Source of the DNA: Ignavibacteriales bacterium
GTDB lineage: Bacteria > Bacteroidota > Ignavibacteria > UBA10030
Assembly: GCA_016207415.1 (NCBI GenBank)
Contig: JACQPT010000211.1
Coordinates: 1 to 58,044 of the forward strand
Length of the DNA: 58,044 bases
Reading direction: 5' to 3'
Shown here: positions 49,070-58,044 of the stretch, one piece after another
How the letters are laid out: every line of letters begins with the position of its first letter
How positions within the stretch are numbered: the stretch's first letter is position 1
The notes under the pieces: generated by a model
Seen by the model: only the letters and a program-made list of their open reading frames with translations
The model's database searches: none
What the model was told of the DNA's origin: nothing
Program-made: the position numbers and the translations under genes

Positions 49070-49516
49070 TTAATGATTCTTCTTTTGAGCCACAGCGTCG
49101 CGAAACTGTTGGTCAATCTGATCAATACACTTGGTCCGTTCCAAATTTAGTAAAGCCAGTTGCTTGACAACCTTATCTTTTTGTTCGGAAGGAACTTTTT
49201 CAAACTCATAGACAAGTTCCTGCGTGTGCCAGAGTCGGCAGTTTACATCTGCAAGTTGCGAGAAGACCTGTCCGATGCTGCCATGTACGTCCGCGACGAC
49301 ATTCCCGTCTTTCTTGTATACCTTGTTTGCAGAAAAGGTAAGTCGCTCAGAAGGAATGATTCCGGCGAATGCAGCTTGAACGAATTCATTTATTTCCTCT
49401 TGGAGCTGCCGCTCCTGGACAGATAAGTTCTTCAAGCTTAGCTCATCCTGGGAGTGGTATTGCTTGAGTTTGATGATCGTTAATTTATCACACAATGAAC
49501 CAAGTGTTTCTGCCAT
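49070..49516 (-). CDS. DUF4254-like small protein
   Basis: 148 aa, helical. VNCRLWHTQELVYEF resembles the DUF4254 core as I recall it. Sits in a glycan cluster. Confidence 0.35.
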   Translation of the reverse strand: MAETLGSLCDKLTIIKLKQYHSQDELSLKNLSVQERQLQEEINEFVQAAFAGIIPSERLTFSANKVYKKDGNVVADVHGSIGQVFSQLADVNCRLWHTQELVYEFEKVPSEQKDKVVKQLALLNLERTKCIDQIDQQFRDAVAQKKNH

Positions 49517-49620
49517 TGGATTTCCTTCTCAAAAAAAAATCGCTCCGAATTGTCGAAATCTATTCACAGGAGTGTACGTGAAACAATAAACAGGGCACGC
49601 CAGTGCAATAGATTCAGGGG

Positions 49621-51015
49621 TTATTTTGCCCAAATACCTGTTGGATTCCCTGACAGTATTTTCTTTACTTGCATTGGCCACAGAAAACACGCTGGGAGAA
49701 GACATATCGACGGTGCAATAATAACGCCCGCTACACCGAATTGCAGATATTGACAAAGAAAAATTGTCAGTGGAATATTTACTACTCCAGCGAGAACTGC
49801 AAAGATGACTTCCAAATGAATTTTACCTGTTCCGTTAATCAAATTTCCGTAGATATTGCACCAGAAGACGATGAGAACATATATCGCCATCGAAATGGAA
49901 ATACCCGCCGAAATATGTATGCTGCTTCCAACCCATAGCCGGTAGAAGGTATCTGCCAACAACGACATGATGACAACGATACCTGCAACAATGTACCATA
50001 TCCGTTTCTGAATTTGAATAGTCTTTTCGATCCAGGCAATATCGCCACGTGTGAAGGCCTCGGTGTACGCAGACCAAAACGGCAACAAAAACAAATATGC
50101 GAACATTGAAATGGTGTTGTAGTATTTGAAGGCGATATTGTATGGAACGACGTCCGCAGGCGAATAGAGTTGTGCAATGAGGATGTTCGCGCTGGAAAAA
50201 ATGATTACCGAACTGACCTGCAGAATGAAAAACTTGACGCCTAAACTGGCTAGTTCTCTTGCATGCGAAAATTGGACATATCGCCAAGAGGGTCTGACAA
50301 CGCTATACTTTGTCGAAAAAAGAACGAGAGAGGCACCCAGAGGGATTAACGCTGTGGAGGCCCCCAAGCCTATGCTGAGATTGAGAAGAGATCCCTGCGT
50401 TGAAAACATAAGAAGCCAAATGATAATCAGGGAGGCTACATTTCCCAGCAAATCGAGAAGGCTATTCAATGCCGGTTTCTGGTCTGCGATAAGAACCGTT
50501 CCGATGAGCCCAAATACAAAACGAAGACAAAAGAAAGAGAAAGTGATTGTTACCACCGAACTCAATTCACCCGACAAATACTCAGAAGTATTAAAGATGA
50601 CCGCCCAGCCCAGAAATGGATTTACGGCTAAAAAAAGTAAAAAGAATACGCTCACGATGGCGCCAAGCATGACGAACGTTGTGCTGACATAGACGCGGGC
50701 CAACTCGACATTATTTCGCGCCAATGCCTCTGCGAATTTATTTCGAAACCCATTTCCTAGTCCTATGTCGAAAAAAACGAACCACCCGACAATGGAGCTT
50801 AAAGTGAGCCAGATGCCATACTTCGTTGGCTCCAAATAGTGGAGAGTCAATGGAACAAGGATCAATCCAATCGCCTGGCTCATCCCTCTCAGCAAAAACA
50901 GACCGAGAATATTCTTCTTCGTACGAACTGTTCTTTCGTCACCTCGAAGCAGACGCTTGAGAAGATTCGTGGCTATTCCGGACTTAACAGCGCTCATTGT
51001 CTTCGCGTCAAGCAT
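49621..51015 (-). CDS. Wzx-type oligosaccharide flippase (MOP superfamily)
   Basis: 464 aa with about 12-14 TM segments. The N-terminus is typical of polysaccharide biosynthesis proteins. Confidence 0.75.
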   Translation of the reverse strand: MLDAKTMSAVKSGIATNLLKRLLRGDERTVRTKKNILGLFLLRGMSQAIGLILVPLTLHYLEPTKYGIWLTLSSIVGWFVFFDIGLGNGFRNKFAEALARNNVELARVYVSTTFVMLGAIVSVFFLLFLAVNPFLGWAVIFNTSEYLSGELSSVVTITFSFFCLRFVFGLIGTVLIADQKPALNSLLDLLGNVASLIIIWLLMFSTQGSLLNLSIGLGASTALIPLGASLVLFSTKYSVVRPSWRYVQFSHARELASLGVKFFILQVSSVIIFSSANILIAQLYSPADVVPYNIAFKYYNTISMFAYLFLLPFWSAYTEAFTRGDIAWIEKTIQIQKRIWYIVAGIVVIMSLLADTFYRLWVGSSIHISAGISISMAIYVLIVFWCNIYGNLINGTGKIHLEVIFAVLAGVVNIPLTIFLCQYLQFGVAGVIIAPSICLLPACFLWPMQVKKILSGNPTGIWAK

Positions 51016-51075
51016 GTATGCTGGCCAGCTGAGGATTCATTCGCAAACGAGATTAAAATCGACATTCAGGGAATG

Positions 51076-53604
51076 CTACGAGACACTGACCACGGATCGT
51101 TGGCGCCAAAATCTTGTGATCCATTGCGCGGCGTAAAACAACAACCCGCCCAGCACAATGAGATTGGTTACGAGGCTTATGGTTTTCCCCACAAGAAACG
51201 ATCTCGGTTCGAAGCTCATGTGAACGGTGTGCTCGCCGAAGGGGACAACAATTCCACGAAACATGTAATTCAGTCGATGGATGGGAACTTCCTGTCCGTC
51301 CACATATGCCTTCCATCCAGCGGGATACCACGTCTCACTTAAGAACAACAGATTCGTCCCCGTGGCTCTAACGCTCAACGAAAAATCCTGGATCCCGTAA
51401 TGAAGGAACTTCACCGTGGCTCCCTCGGCGGGAGGCTCTATCGAAATCCTGGGGTCTTCCAAGAAGAATGTAACATCGCGCGGATCGAATTTCATTTCCT
51501 TGATCTGATTGAGAATATCCAATCCCGAAGCCACTTGATAACGGTTGACAAAAAAAGCTCGAGGGAGATGATTACGGTTAAGAAATACATGCCGGCCTCC
51601 ACTGAACACGGGGCGGAGTAATTGACTGGAATCGGGCCGGTCCGAAATGATGTATTTGGCGTCCATAAGCCCCCACAGAAGTGGATTCCCTAATCCCACC
51701 ACGTCGAAGATATCCTGAATCTGCCTCGGCTTTGCGCCGTGGTATCCATAAGCATTTTGAATCCGAAAATACGCCAACGAATTATTATAGGGAGGGTGAC
51801 CGTTCTCGAATTCCAATACACGGTAAATCGTCGTGTCCCGCTGCAGAAATCGCACGTAATCGGGAGTTGCGAAATAATCGTTCAGTTTCTGTTTTGGAAA
51901 AAGTTCCATTGGTTTGTAATTGATTCTCCACAAATCGGCGAGAACAATAACTATCAATCCAGGTGCCACGAGGGAAAGTGAGATTTTGTTTTTCCAATGA
52001 AGTAGAAGCAAGACAATCAATACTGTCACGAGGATCGACTCAACCATAACGTCTGTTGCCACATTTCGTGTGATGAAAGCATAAATCTCATCCAAGACTA
52101 CTCTGTTGTCGCCAAATGAACGGGTGAGAGTGGCCATGGCTGTCTGTCGAGGAACAAAGATCTGATACACTGCAATGATTGCTTCCCGCAGAGCAAATGA
52201 TATGAAAGCGACGCCCGCCAAGACCCATCCTGCGTTGCGCCACCTACGTTTCATTTGATCGTTCAGTGCCGGTCCCTCTGTGAGCAGCCAATGGAGTCCG
52301 TAACCGGCCAATATAGGCATGAAGAGTTGAACAAGAATGAGGATCATGGAGGGGACTCTGAACTTATTGAACATGGGGAAGTAATAAAACATGAAATCGT
52401 AGAACAATGGGAATTCTCGTCCAAACGAGATGAGCACCGCAAGGACAATCACAATCCCTGAAAATTGGATGAAGGGGTCTTTTCGATTCTTCCAGAATCC
52501 TACCACACCCAATACAAGAACGAGAATACCAAAATACTGAGCACTGTCCACAAATGGCTGCGGCCCAAAGTATGTGTTTATCCGAACAGGCTGATTCTGT
52601 GTTAGGGCGCCTTGGTAATGATGCCAACCGAACCCGTAGGCGGATGGGATGAAAAACGTGAACAACTCGGAGGGCGGGAACGACCAGTTCGTCGCATAGT
52701 CATAGTCCAGCCCGCCGGTTGTTGACGAAGCGTCATTTTGTGTCGAGGGATTGGAGAGTATCGGATTGCTTCCTCGAATAGAATACTTCGAGTACTCGTA
52801 GGTCTGTAAGTATTGGTCGGCGGTCATACCGACTGCGAAGGCGGAAGCCAGAGCAAATACCGCACCTGAACGGACTAAGCCTCGAATGGATTCTTTTCGC
52901 ACCAGGAACCGGATGAAAAAATACACGAAGTAAATACCGAGGGCAAAATACATGTAGAAAATCATTTGAAGATGGGTGGGTTTGAGCATATAATGGACCA
53001 ATACTGCAAGCACCAATGCCAACCACCAACGAAATCGTTCTTGAAGCTCTTCGAGAATCATCAAAATGAACGGCAAGAAAGCGACGACGGGAACCTTTGT
53101 CATGTGGCCAATCATAATGAATGTTGCAATGTTGGTCGAATGCATGACCGCCAGTCCAGTAATGAATGCGGCTATCTTGTTCTTCAACTTTCTATGCACC
53201 AACCAATAGGTGCCAACGCCCAACAAGAAGTAATAAAAGATTTCATAGCCAACATCGCATCGGTTCAGAAGGATCGCAAAGTAGGTTCTTGTTTCATCCA
53301 TGATGGTGTTGGAGATATCAAAAAATCGCTCACCAATCACTGACGTGCTTGCATAGCCTGGCATACCGCAAAAGATGTAGGGATTCCAGAGCGGAAAGAC
53401 ATCTTGTTCAGAGGCATCTCTCATCAGAGTCTCAAACGACTTGCTGGCGATGGTGTCGGACGCAATGAAGGTTTTGCTCTCAGCGATAATTCCCCAGAAA
53501 AAGATAACGAGAGACAACAACAATCCGAGAGTTGCGAGGGCGTGAGATTGCGCCGGCGATAGTTTTCGTGGTCTCGTTGTTTCCTGTTTGGCGGTTTTAC
53601 GCAT
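51076..53604 (-). CDS. yfhO: YfhO-family GT-C membrane glycosyltransferase
   Basis: 842 aa. About 13 N-terminal TM segments, a large extracytoplasmic C-terminal domain and one terminal TM, which is the YfhO layout. Confidence 0.65.
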   Translation of the reverse strand: MRKTAKQETTRPRKLSPAQSHALATLGLLLSLVIFFWGIIAESKTFIASDTIASKSFETLMRDASEQDVFPLWNPYIFCGMPGYASTSVIGERFFDISNTIMDETRTYFAILLNRCDVGYEIFYYFLLGVGTYWLVHRKLKNKIAAFITGLAVMHSTNIATFIMIGHMTKVPVVAFLPFILMILEELQERFRWWLALVLAVLVHYMLKPTHLQMIFYMYFALGIYFVYFFIRFLVRKESIRGLVRSGAVFALASAFAVGMTADQYLQTYEYSKYSIRGSNPILSNPSTQNDASSTTGGLDYDYATNWSFPPSELFTFFIPSAYGFGWHHYQGALTQNQPVRINTYFGPQPFVDSAQYFGILVLVLGVVGFWKNRKDPFIQFSGIVIVLAVLISFGREFPLFYDFMFYYFPMFNKFRVPSMILILVQLFMPILAGYGLHWLLTEGPALNDQMKRRWRNAGWVLAGVAFISFALREAIIAVYQIFVPRQTAMATLTRSFGDNRVVLDEIYAFITRNVATDVMVESILVTVLIVLLLLHWKNKISLSLVAPGLIVIVLADLWRINYKPMELFPKQKLNDYFATPDYVRFLQRDTTIYRVLEFENGHPPYNNSLAYFRIQNAYGYHGAKPRQIQDIFDVVGLGNPLLWGLMDAKYIISDRPDSSQLLRPVFSGGRHVFLNRNHLPRAFFVNRYQVASGLDILNQIKEMKFDPRDVTFFLEDPRISIEPPAEGATVKFLHYGIQDFSLSVRATGTNLLFLSETWYPAGWKAYVDGQEVPIHRLNYMFRGIVVPFGEHTVHMSFEPRSFLVGKTISLVTNLIVLGGLLFYAAQWITRFWRQRSVVSVS

Positions 53605-53717
53605 TGTTCACCGTTCAAAGAATCGAGGTAAGAGAATTACTAAGCGAGCAAAAGTGTGTTAGCACACGCAAAAGGTCTTTCGCTTTTCTATTTCCGAAGT
53701 CCATACTACCCACGCTC

Positions 53718-55001
53718 TCAAAGAGGGAATTGGAAGTTGTCGAGAATCGAGGCCAACTGCCTCGCTATATTCTCTCTTGCGTATGAGCTCACATGCCTTC
53801 GTTTTGGTTTTGTAGCTCTTGCGCGGCGGAAGAATTCGTGAGGATCGGTGTTGTAAGGAAACATCATTCCAGCCGCCTCTTCGTTTAGAATACGCTCAAC
53901 CTCAGCATTGTCATCGCCAAACGCCAGAATTGGCCTTCCAGCGCGAAGATACTCAAAGAGTTTCCCGGGAACATGCCGTGGTTCGGTCGCGCAGACGAGC
54001 AAATACGAAGCCTGTGTCAGTTCACGGATGACCTCTTTGTACGGCAGAAAACCTTTGAACGTCGTCCGGGGTTCAAGCCCTGCTTCCTCGATGGAACGTT
54101 TGATTCCAGGGCTTACGGAGCCAACAAAAACCAAGCGCAAATCCCTGCCCCTTTTCACTTGCCGGTTGATTGTCCTCCAAAGTTCTGCAGGGTTCTGATA
54201 ATCGAAGATGTTGCCTGTGTGAAGAAGTATCTCCTCTTTCTTTTTCCTTTGCGGTCTTTGATTTCGAAAGGCTTCTTCATCAAACCCCCAATAAAGAACT
54301 TGAGACTTCAGCGCGAGCCAGCTGTACTTTTTGACATAATGCTCCTTCATGCTTTCGGTAACGAATATCGCCGCAGCGGCATTCTGCAGAACAGATTCCT
54401 CCATCCGATGATCCAGAGCAAGAGCGAGCCAGTTTCTCTTGAAGCTTTTGTAATAAACGATATCCTCCCACGGGTCGATGAAAACCGGAAAATATGGAAT
54501 TCTGAAATCTCTGCCAAGAGTTTTGGCAACCAGGTGCCCTGTGTGCGGAGGACCGACGGAAACGATTGCATCGGTTCGCTGAGACCGGAGAAGCCGCCTT
54601 CCCACTCTTACTGCATCCCAGTACCATCCGACGCGGGCGTCGGGGATGAAGAGATTCATCCGGATCCAGATGGACAGTCGATGGCGGATCGAGTGGTTCT
54701 CCAGCGAAATCGACTCAGAGGCGATCAATGGCTCGGCCCTCTTCTTTCCAAGCAAAGCGCGATACAGCCCGAAAGGTTCCAAAGCCTTCGCCCGCTCAAC
54801 CCGAATGGAAGGAGGGACCTCACGAGTAAGAGAGTAATCGGTCTGCGAAAATGAATCTTTGTCCGCCGTGAGCACAAGCGGTTGCCATCCGAACGACGGA
54901 AGGTGGCGTGCTATTCCCAGAGGCCAATGAACCGTTGCCTTTCCTGAAGGAGGCCAGAAAAAAGTGACAAAAAGGACTTTCTTCATCGTTTTTCCGGACA
55001 T
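53718..55001 (-). CDS. GT4-family (GT-B) glycosyltransferase
   Basis: KKVLFVTFFWPP... and C-terminal CATEPRHVPGKLFEYLRAGRPILAFG. Confidence 0.75.
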   Translation of the reverse strand: MSGKTMKKVLFVTFFWPPSGKATVHWPLGIARHLPSFGWQPLVLTADKDSFSQTDYSLTREVPPSIRVERAKALEPFGLYRALLGKKRAEPLIASESISLENHSIRHRLSIWIRMNLFIPDARVGWYWDAVRVGRRLLRSQRTDAIVSVGPPHTGHLVAKTLGRDFRIPYFPVFIDPWEDIVYYKSFKRNWLALALDHRMEESVLQNAAAAIFVTESMKEHYVKKYSWLALKSQVLYWGFDEEAFRNQRPQRKKKEEILLHTGNIFDYQNPAELWRTINRQVKRGRDLRLVFVGSVSPGIKRSIEEAGLEPRTTFKGFLPYKEVIRELTQASYLLVCATEPRHVPGKLFEYLRAGRPILAFGDDNAEVERILNEEAAGMMFPYNTDPHEFFRRARATKPKRRHVSSYARENIARQLASILDNFQFPL

Positions 55002-55124
55002 GAAGATACGAAAAAAAGGCTACTCGTGAAAATCTTTGCCCGCAAAAAGGTGCAGGAAGTTTTCAGTGAAGTTCGTTAACCGAATGATTGGAGAAAAGGT
55101 CAAATCTGGATACATTGGCTTCGT

Positions 55125-57128
55125 ATGAACCTTGGTGACGTCAAAACTCCGCTCCAATTCTGGCGACTCTTCTATCATCGCCTCGTAAGGCCGAAGGTCT
55201 GGGAATTATTACTGAGTAGGAAGCTGGCAGCAATGAGTGATGAAGATTTTCTGAACATTCAACAATCTGCTTTCACGTCGGAAGAATTCCTCAAAACGTT
55301 TCATGAAACGGTCCGCCTCAAATTCTTTTTCCATCCACGCAACCAAAAGGACTTCTTCCTGAATCTCCTCACGAAAACCCAAAGTGAAGAAGAAATCTTG
55401 ACAGAGGCTCAAAACGTCCTCGAGAACAAGTTTCAGACGCTTGGTTCGGAGCTCATACATCTCGGCGAACAAATCGATTGGCAAGAGGATTTCAAAAGCG
55501 GCAAAATCTGGCCGCTCAAGAACTCGAGGAGCGTTCCTATCATCGACGAGAGCAGTTCGGCAGATATCAAAGTGCCTTGGGAGCTCAGTCGATTTCATCA
55601 GGTGTGGTGGCTTGGCAAGGCGTACTGGCTCACCAGGAATGAAGAGTATGCAGAAAAATTCAGAACACTGCTTGATGAGTGGATCGAGAACAATCCTCCG
55701 GGCAAAGGCGTCAACTGGATGGTAGCGATGGAAGCCTCGATGCGAGCGGCGAACTGGATCGCCGGATACTACTTCTTCTGTGAATCCAGCTCCATTCGCT
55801 CAGAGTTTTGGCTGAGATTTTTCAAGAGCTTGTATATCCATGGCGTTTTCATAGAAAACAACATCGAGCTTCACTGGCGCAACAGCAATCACTTCCTTTC
55901 AGATGTGGTGGGGATGATCTTTCTCGGGATCTTTTTCCAAGGGACAGCATTCGGAAAACGGTGGCGACAGTGGGGCATACGATCACTGGCAGAGGAGATG
56001 GAGCGCCAGGTGTTTCCGGATGGGGTAGACTATGAAAAATCGACGAGCTACCAGAGACTCGCCCTCGAACTCTTTTACACGGCAACGGTTCTTTGCGACT
56101 TGAACAACATCCGCATGCCGGCATCATTCCTGAATCGCTTGGAGAACATGTTTGAGTATGTGCAGCAGTACACGCGCCCCGACGGGTCGATTCCTTTGTT
56201 TGGAGATGCCGACGACGGACGGCTTTTTCGATTCGTCACTGGAGACGATATCAACGACCATCGTCACGCACTCTCCGTCGGTGCAATTCTCTTTGAGCGC
56301 AGCGACTTTGCCGACGCCGCGGGGCGGTTTCATCAGGATGCGCTTTGGCTTTTTGGAGGAGAAGGATTCGAGATATGTCAACGCCTGAGGAGTGCTCAAC
56401 AGGGCCAAGTTCTCGCATCGAAAGCTTTTCCCGACGGAGGTTTTTACATCATGCGTGACAAGAATGTTCATGTGATGATAGATGCGGGTGACATTGGCAT
56501 GAAGGGATGGGGTGGACACGGCCACAACGATATTCTCAGCTTTGAACTGTGGGCAAACGGCGAGCCGATCATCGTCGATTCGGGAACGTACGCGTACACC
56601 TTCGACGTTGCCGCGCGGCAAGAATTCCGGGGTATCCGAGCCCATAATACGGTAATGATCGACGGGAAGGAGCCGGCAAGGTTTGTCGGGCTTTGGATGA
56701 TTCTGCGTGACAAAACGCGGCCGCGTGTCACAAAATGGACGGCGAAGGATTCTACCGACATTCTTGAAGCCCAACATCATGCGTATCAATCACTATTTTC
56801 GCCGGTCACACATCGACGAAGGTTTGAATTGAATAAGCAACAATTTCATCTCCGAATCACTGACACGTTTGACGGCAAAGGCAAACACAGATTTGACAGC
56901 TTCCTGCATTTCGCACCACCGATTGCGTTGGAACGTCTGGATGCACAATCCTTTCGCGTGAAGGGCAAAAACGTGCAGTATGTTGTGAAAACTTCGGTGG
57001 GCGAACTTGAGGAGAGAGCGTCGTGGTATTCGCGTAGTTACGGAATTCGAGAAAAGACACGAGCTTTAATGGTAATTGTTAGAACGAGAATACCCTTCAC
57101 CATGAGCCTGGAGATTCGAAATAGCTAA
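55125..57128 (+). CDS. Heparinase II/III-like protein (alginate-lyase-fold N-terminal domain plus Hepar_II_III C-terminal domain)
   Basis: 667 aa. NWMVAMEASMRAANW, RNSNHFLSDV, DGVDYEKSTSYQRL, GHGHNDILSFEL, RAHNTVMIDG. I see no N-terminal signal peptide. Confidence 0.7.
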   Translation: MNLGDVKTPLQFWRLFYHRLVRPKVWELLLSRKLAAMSDEDFLNIQQSAFTSEEFLKTFHETVRLKFFFHPRNQKDFFLNLLTKTQSEEEILTEAQNVLENKFQTLGSELIHLGEQIDWQEDFKSGKIWPLKNSRSVPIIDESSSADIKVPWELSRFHQVWWLGKAYWLTRNEEYAEKFRTLLDEWIENNPPGKGVNWMVAMEASMRAANWIAGYYFFCESSSIRSEFWLRFFKSLYIHGVFIENNIELHWRNSNHFLSDVVGMIFLGIFFQGTAFGKRWRQWGIRSLAEEMERQVFPDGVDYEKSTSYQRLALELFYTATVLCDLNNIRMPASFLNRLENMFEYVQQYTRPDGSIPLFGDADDGRLFRFVTGDDINDHRHALSVGAILFERSDFADAAGRFHQDALWLFGGEGFEICQRLRSAQQGQVLASKAFPDGGFYIMRDKNVHVMIDAGDIGMKGWGGHGHNDILSFELWANGEPIIVDSGTYAYTFDVAARQEFRGIRAHNTVMIDGKEPARFVGLWMILRDKTRPRVTKWTAKDSTDILEAQHHAYQSLFSPVTHRRRFELNKQQFHLRITDTFDGKGKHRFDSFLHFAPPIALERLDAQSFRVKGKNVQYVVKTSVGELEERASWYSRSYGIREKTRALMVIVRTRIPFTMSLEIRNS

Positions 57129-57150
57129 CCACTTGCTCAGTCTCGATGCT

Positions 57151-57673
57151 CTAACGCGTTAGTCTTGCATTAATCCACGCCGCGTGATCGCTATAATTTG
57201 AGTAATTCGCGCAGTCAACCCACAGTCTAAGTTTTTTTGCCGCGGACATCTAGTTCGATATTCTGCGAACTGTTTCGTCCCCATTGCAATACCCGACTAC
57301 GGAATACTTTCCTCCCATCGAGCTCTACTTCGAAAACCGCGTTACCGTGATAAGCCCCATTCTCTCCTGAATCATCCAGCAACGCGATAAGGGCTGCAAA
57401 CTTTGAATACTTGTTGTTGAGGTCGTACTCCACAAAGCCAGGAAAATCTCCGGGGTGAGTTACGATCGCCTTTGGGTATCGTACACCGTCTACCTGGATG
57501 GGGAACCCCCAGTAGGTCGCGTCCCTTCCCAAACCGCCGTGGATGTTATAGACAGAGTTCTCCTTCAGATCAGACAGGTAGACTTGGTCTTTGTCGGCTC
57601 GAGTTACATCTGATTGACTGCATCCGATGAGAAAGAAAAAAAACATAGTGGCAGTGACGATGCAGGAGTTCAT
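57151..57673 (-). CDS. NPCBM-domain lipoprotein, C-terminus shifted at an A7 run
   Basis: Lipobox LIGCS. YLSDL...GGLGRD...PIQVDGVRYPKAIVTHP...FAALIALLDD...AVFEVELDGRKVF. With A6 instead of A7 (plus T7, 57232-57238) the frame continues as GKKLRLWVDCANYSNYSDHAAWINARLTR* to 57151. Confidence 0.65.
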
Positions 57674-57722
57674 TTGAGTATCTCCTTGATTAGTTGCTCT
57701 ATTAGGTTTGCTTCAAAACCAA

Positions 57723-58044
57723 TCAATGACCACGGCCGCTCGGGTTCCTGAAAGTTACAAATATGGCAATAACATACAACACGAGTCCCAAAGCCAATAA
57801 TTCGTAAAGATAGGGTTTTGGATAATTGAGTTTGAGTGTGGCTTGTGTGTCTGACAAAAAAGAGAAGAGGACCGACAAAGTTGCGGTAATTGAGAGAATC
57901 CAAGACCATTTCTTGGGGCGGAAAGGTTGCTCAGCTGAGTCTCTTCGGATGATAAGCACACCGGCGGTGAACATCAGCATAGAAACAAGAATGGGAGCAA
58001 TCACGGGGCCGAGCCAAGGAACTGGGATCAGGAAAAGCACATCC
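57723..58044 (-). CDS. Small membrane protein, 5' end probably outside the window
   Basis: Three hydrophobic helices. The frame is open to the right edge. Confidence 0.4.
   Translation of the reverse strand, partial: DVLFLIPVPWLGPVIAPILVSMLMFTAGVLIIRRDSAEQPFRPKKWSWILSITATLSVLFSFLSDTQATLKLNYPKPYLYELLALGLVLYVIAIFVTFRNPSGRGH

Overview
58-kb chromosomal window from a bacterium that uses type IX secretion. Two ORFs and one relic end in the NYPNPFNPST...LLK Por-tail. An FCB-group, Ignavibacteria/Chlorobi-like origin is my inference from gene content; no search was run. Positions 1-35.9 kb are an almost unbroken minus-strand housekeeping array: AAA ATPase, DUF4382 lipoprotein (+), T9SS cupredoxin, yitJ-type homocysteine methyltransferase/MTHFR, CusF-SCO fusion, asd, lysA, DUF1611, M50 protease, LamG lipoprotein (+), xerD, Na/solute symporter, STAS, OMP, ligA, RodZ-like, hybrid histidine kinase plus CheY, NlpC/P60, orphan SPPY DNA methyltransferase, esterase, 4xCHRD T9SS protein, bacilliredoxin, GroES-like, tRNA-Pro(GGG), GIY-YIG nuclease, MerR, acpS, HAD, aroQ, SpoIIE phosphatase, PAP2, mgtE, rsmA. 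Positions 36.0-57.7 kb are a ~21.6-kb glycan-biosynthesis cluster. It holds a GtrB-like GT2, two GT-C membrane transferases including YfhO, two GT4, two GT9-like, further GT-A enzymes, four methyltransferase-type genes including a TylC3-like sugar C-methyltransferase, a Gmd/Rmd-like SDR, Wzx, a heparinase II/III-like protein and an NPCBM lipoprotein. Most unusual observations: (1) a promoter-proximal, hairpin-expanded 5' two-thirds copy of tRNA-Pro sits 2 nt from a GIY-YIG nuclease ORF, directly upstream of the intact tRNA-Pro; (2) a family of ~40-nt intergenic elements is built from 8-nt-periodic TGGA units, with five clear copies including a head-to-head pair; (3) the glycan cluster is methylation-rich with a branched-sugar module; (4) at least six genes are broken by +/-1 frameshifts, mostly at homopolymer runs, and asd carries an in-frame TAG. 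These disruptions look like consensus errors rather than decay and should be resolved before any pseudogene claim. I found no CRISPR array, rRNA, transposase, integrase-bounded island or recognisable defence system.
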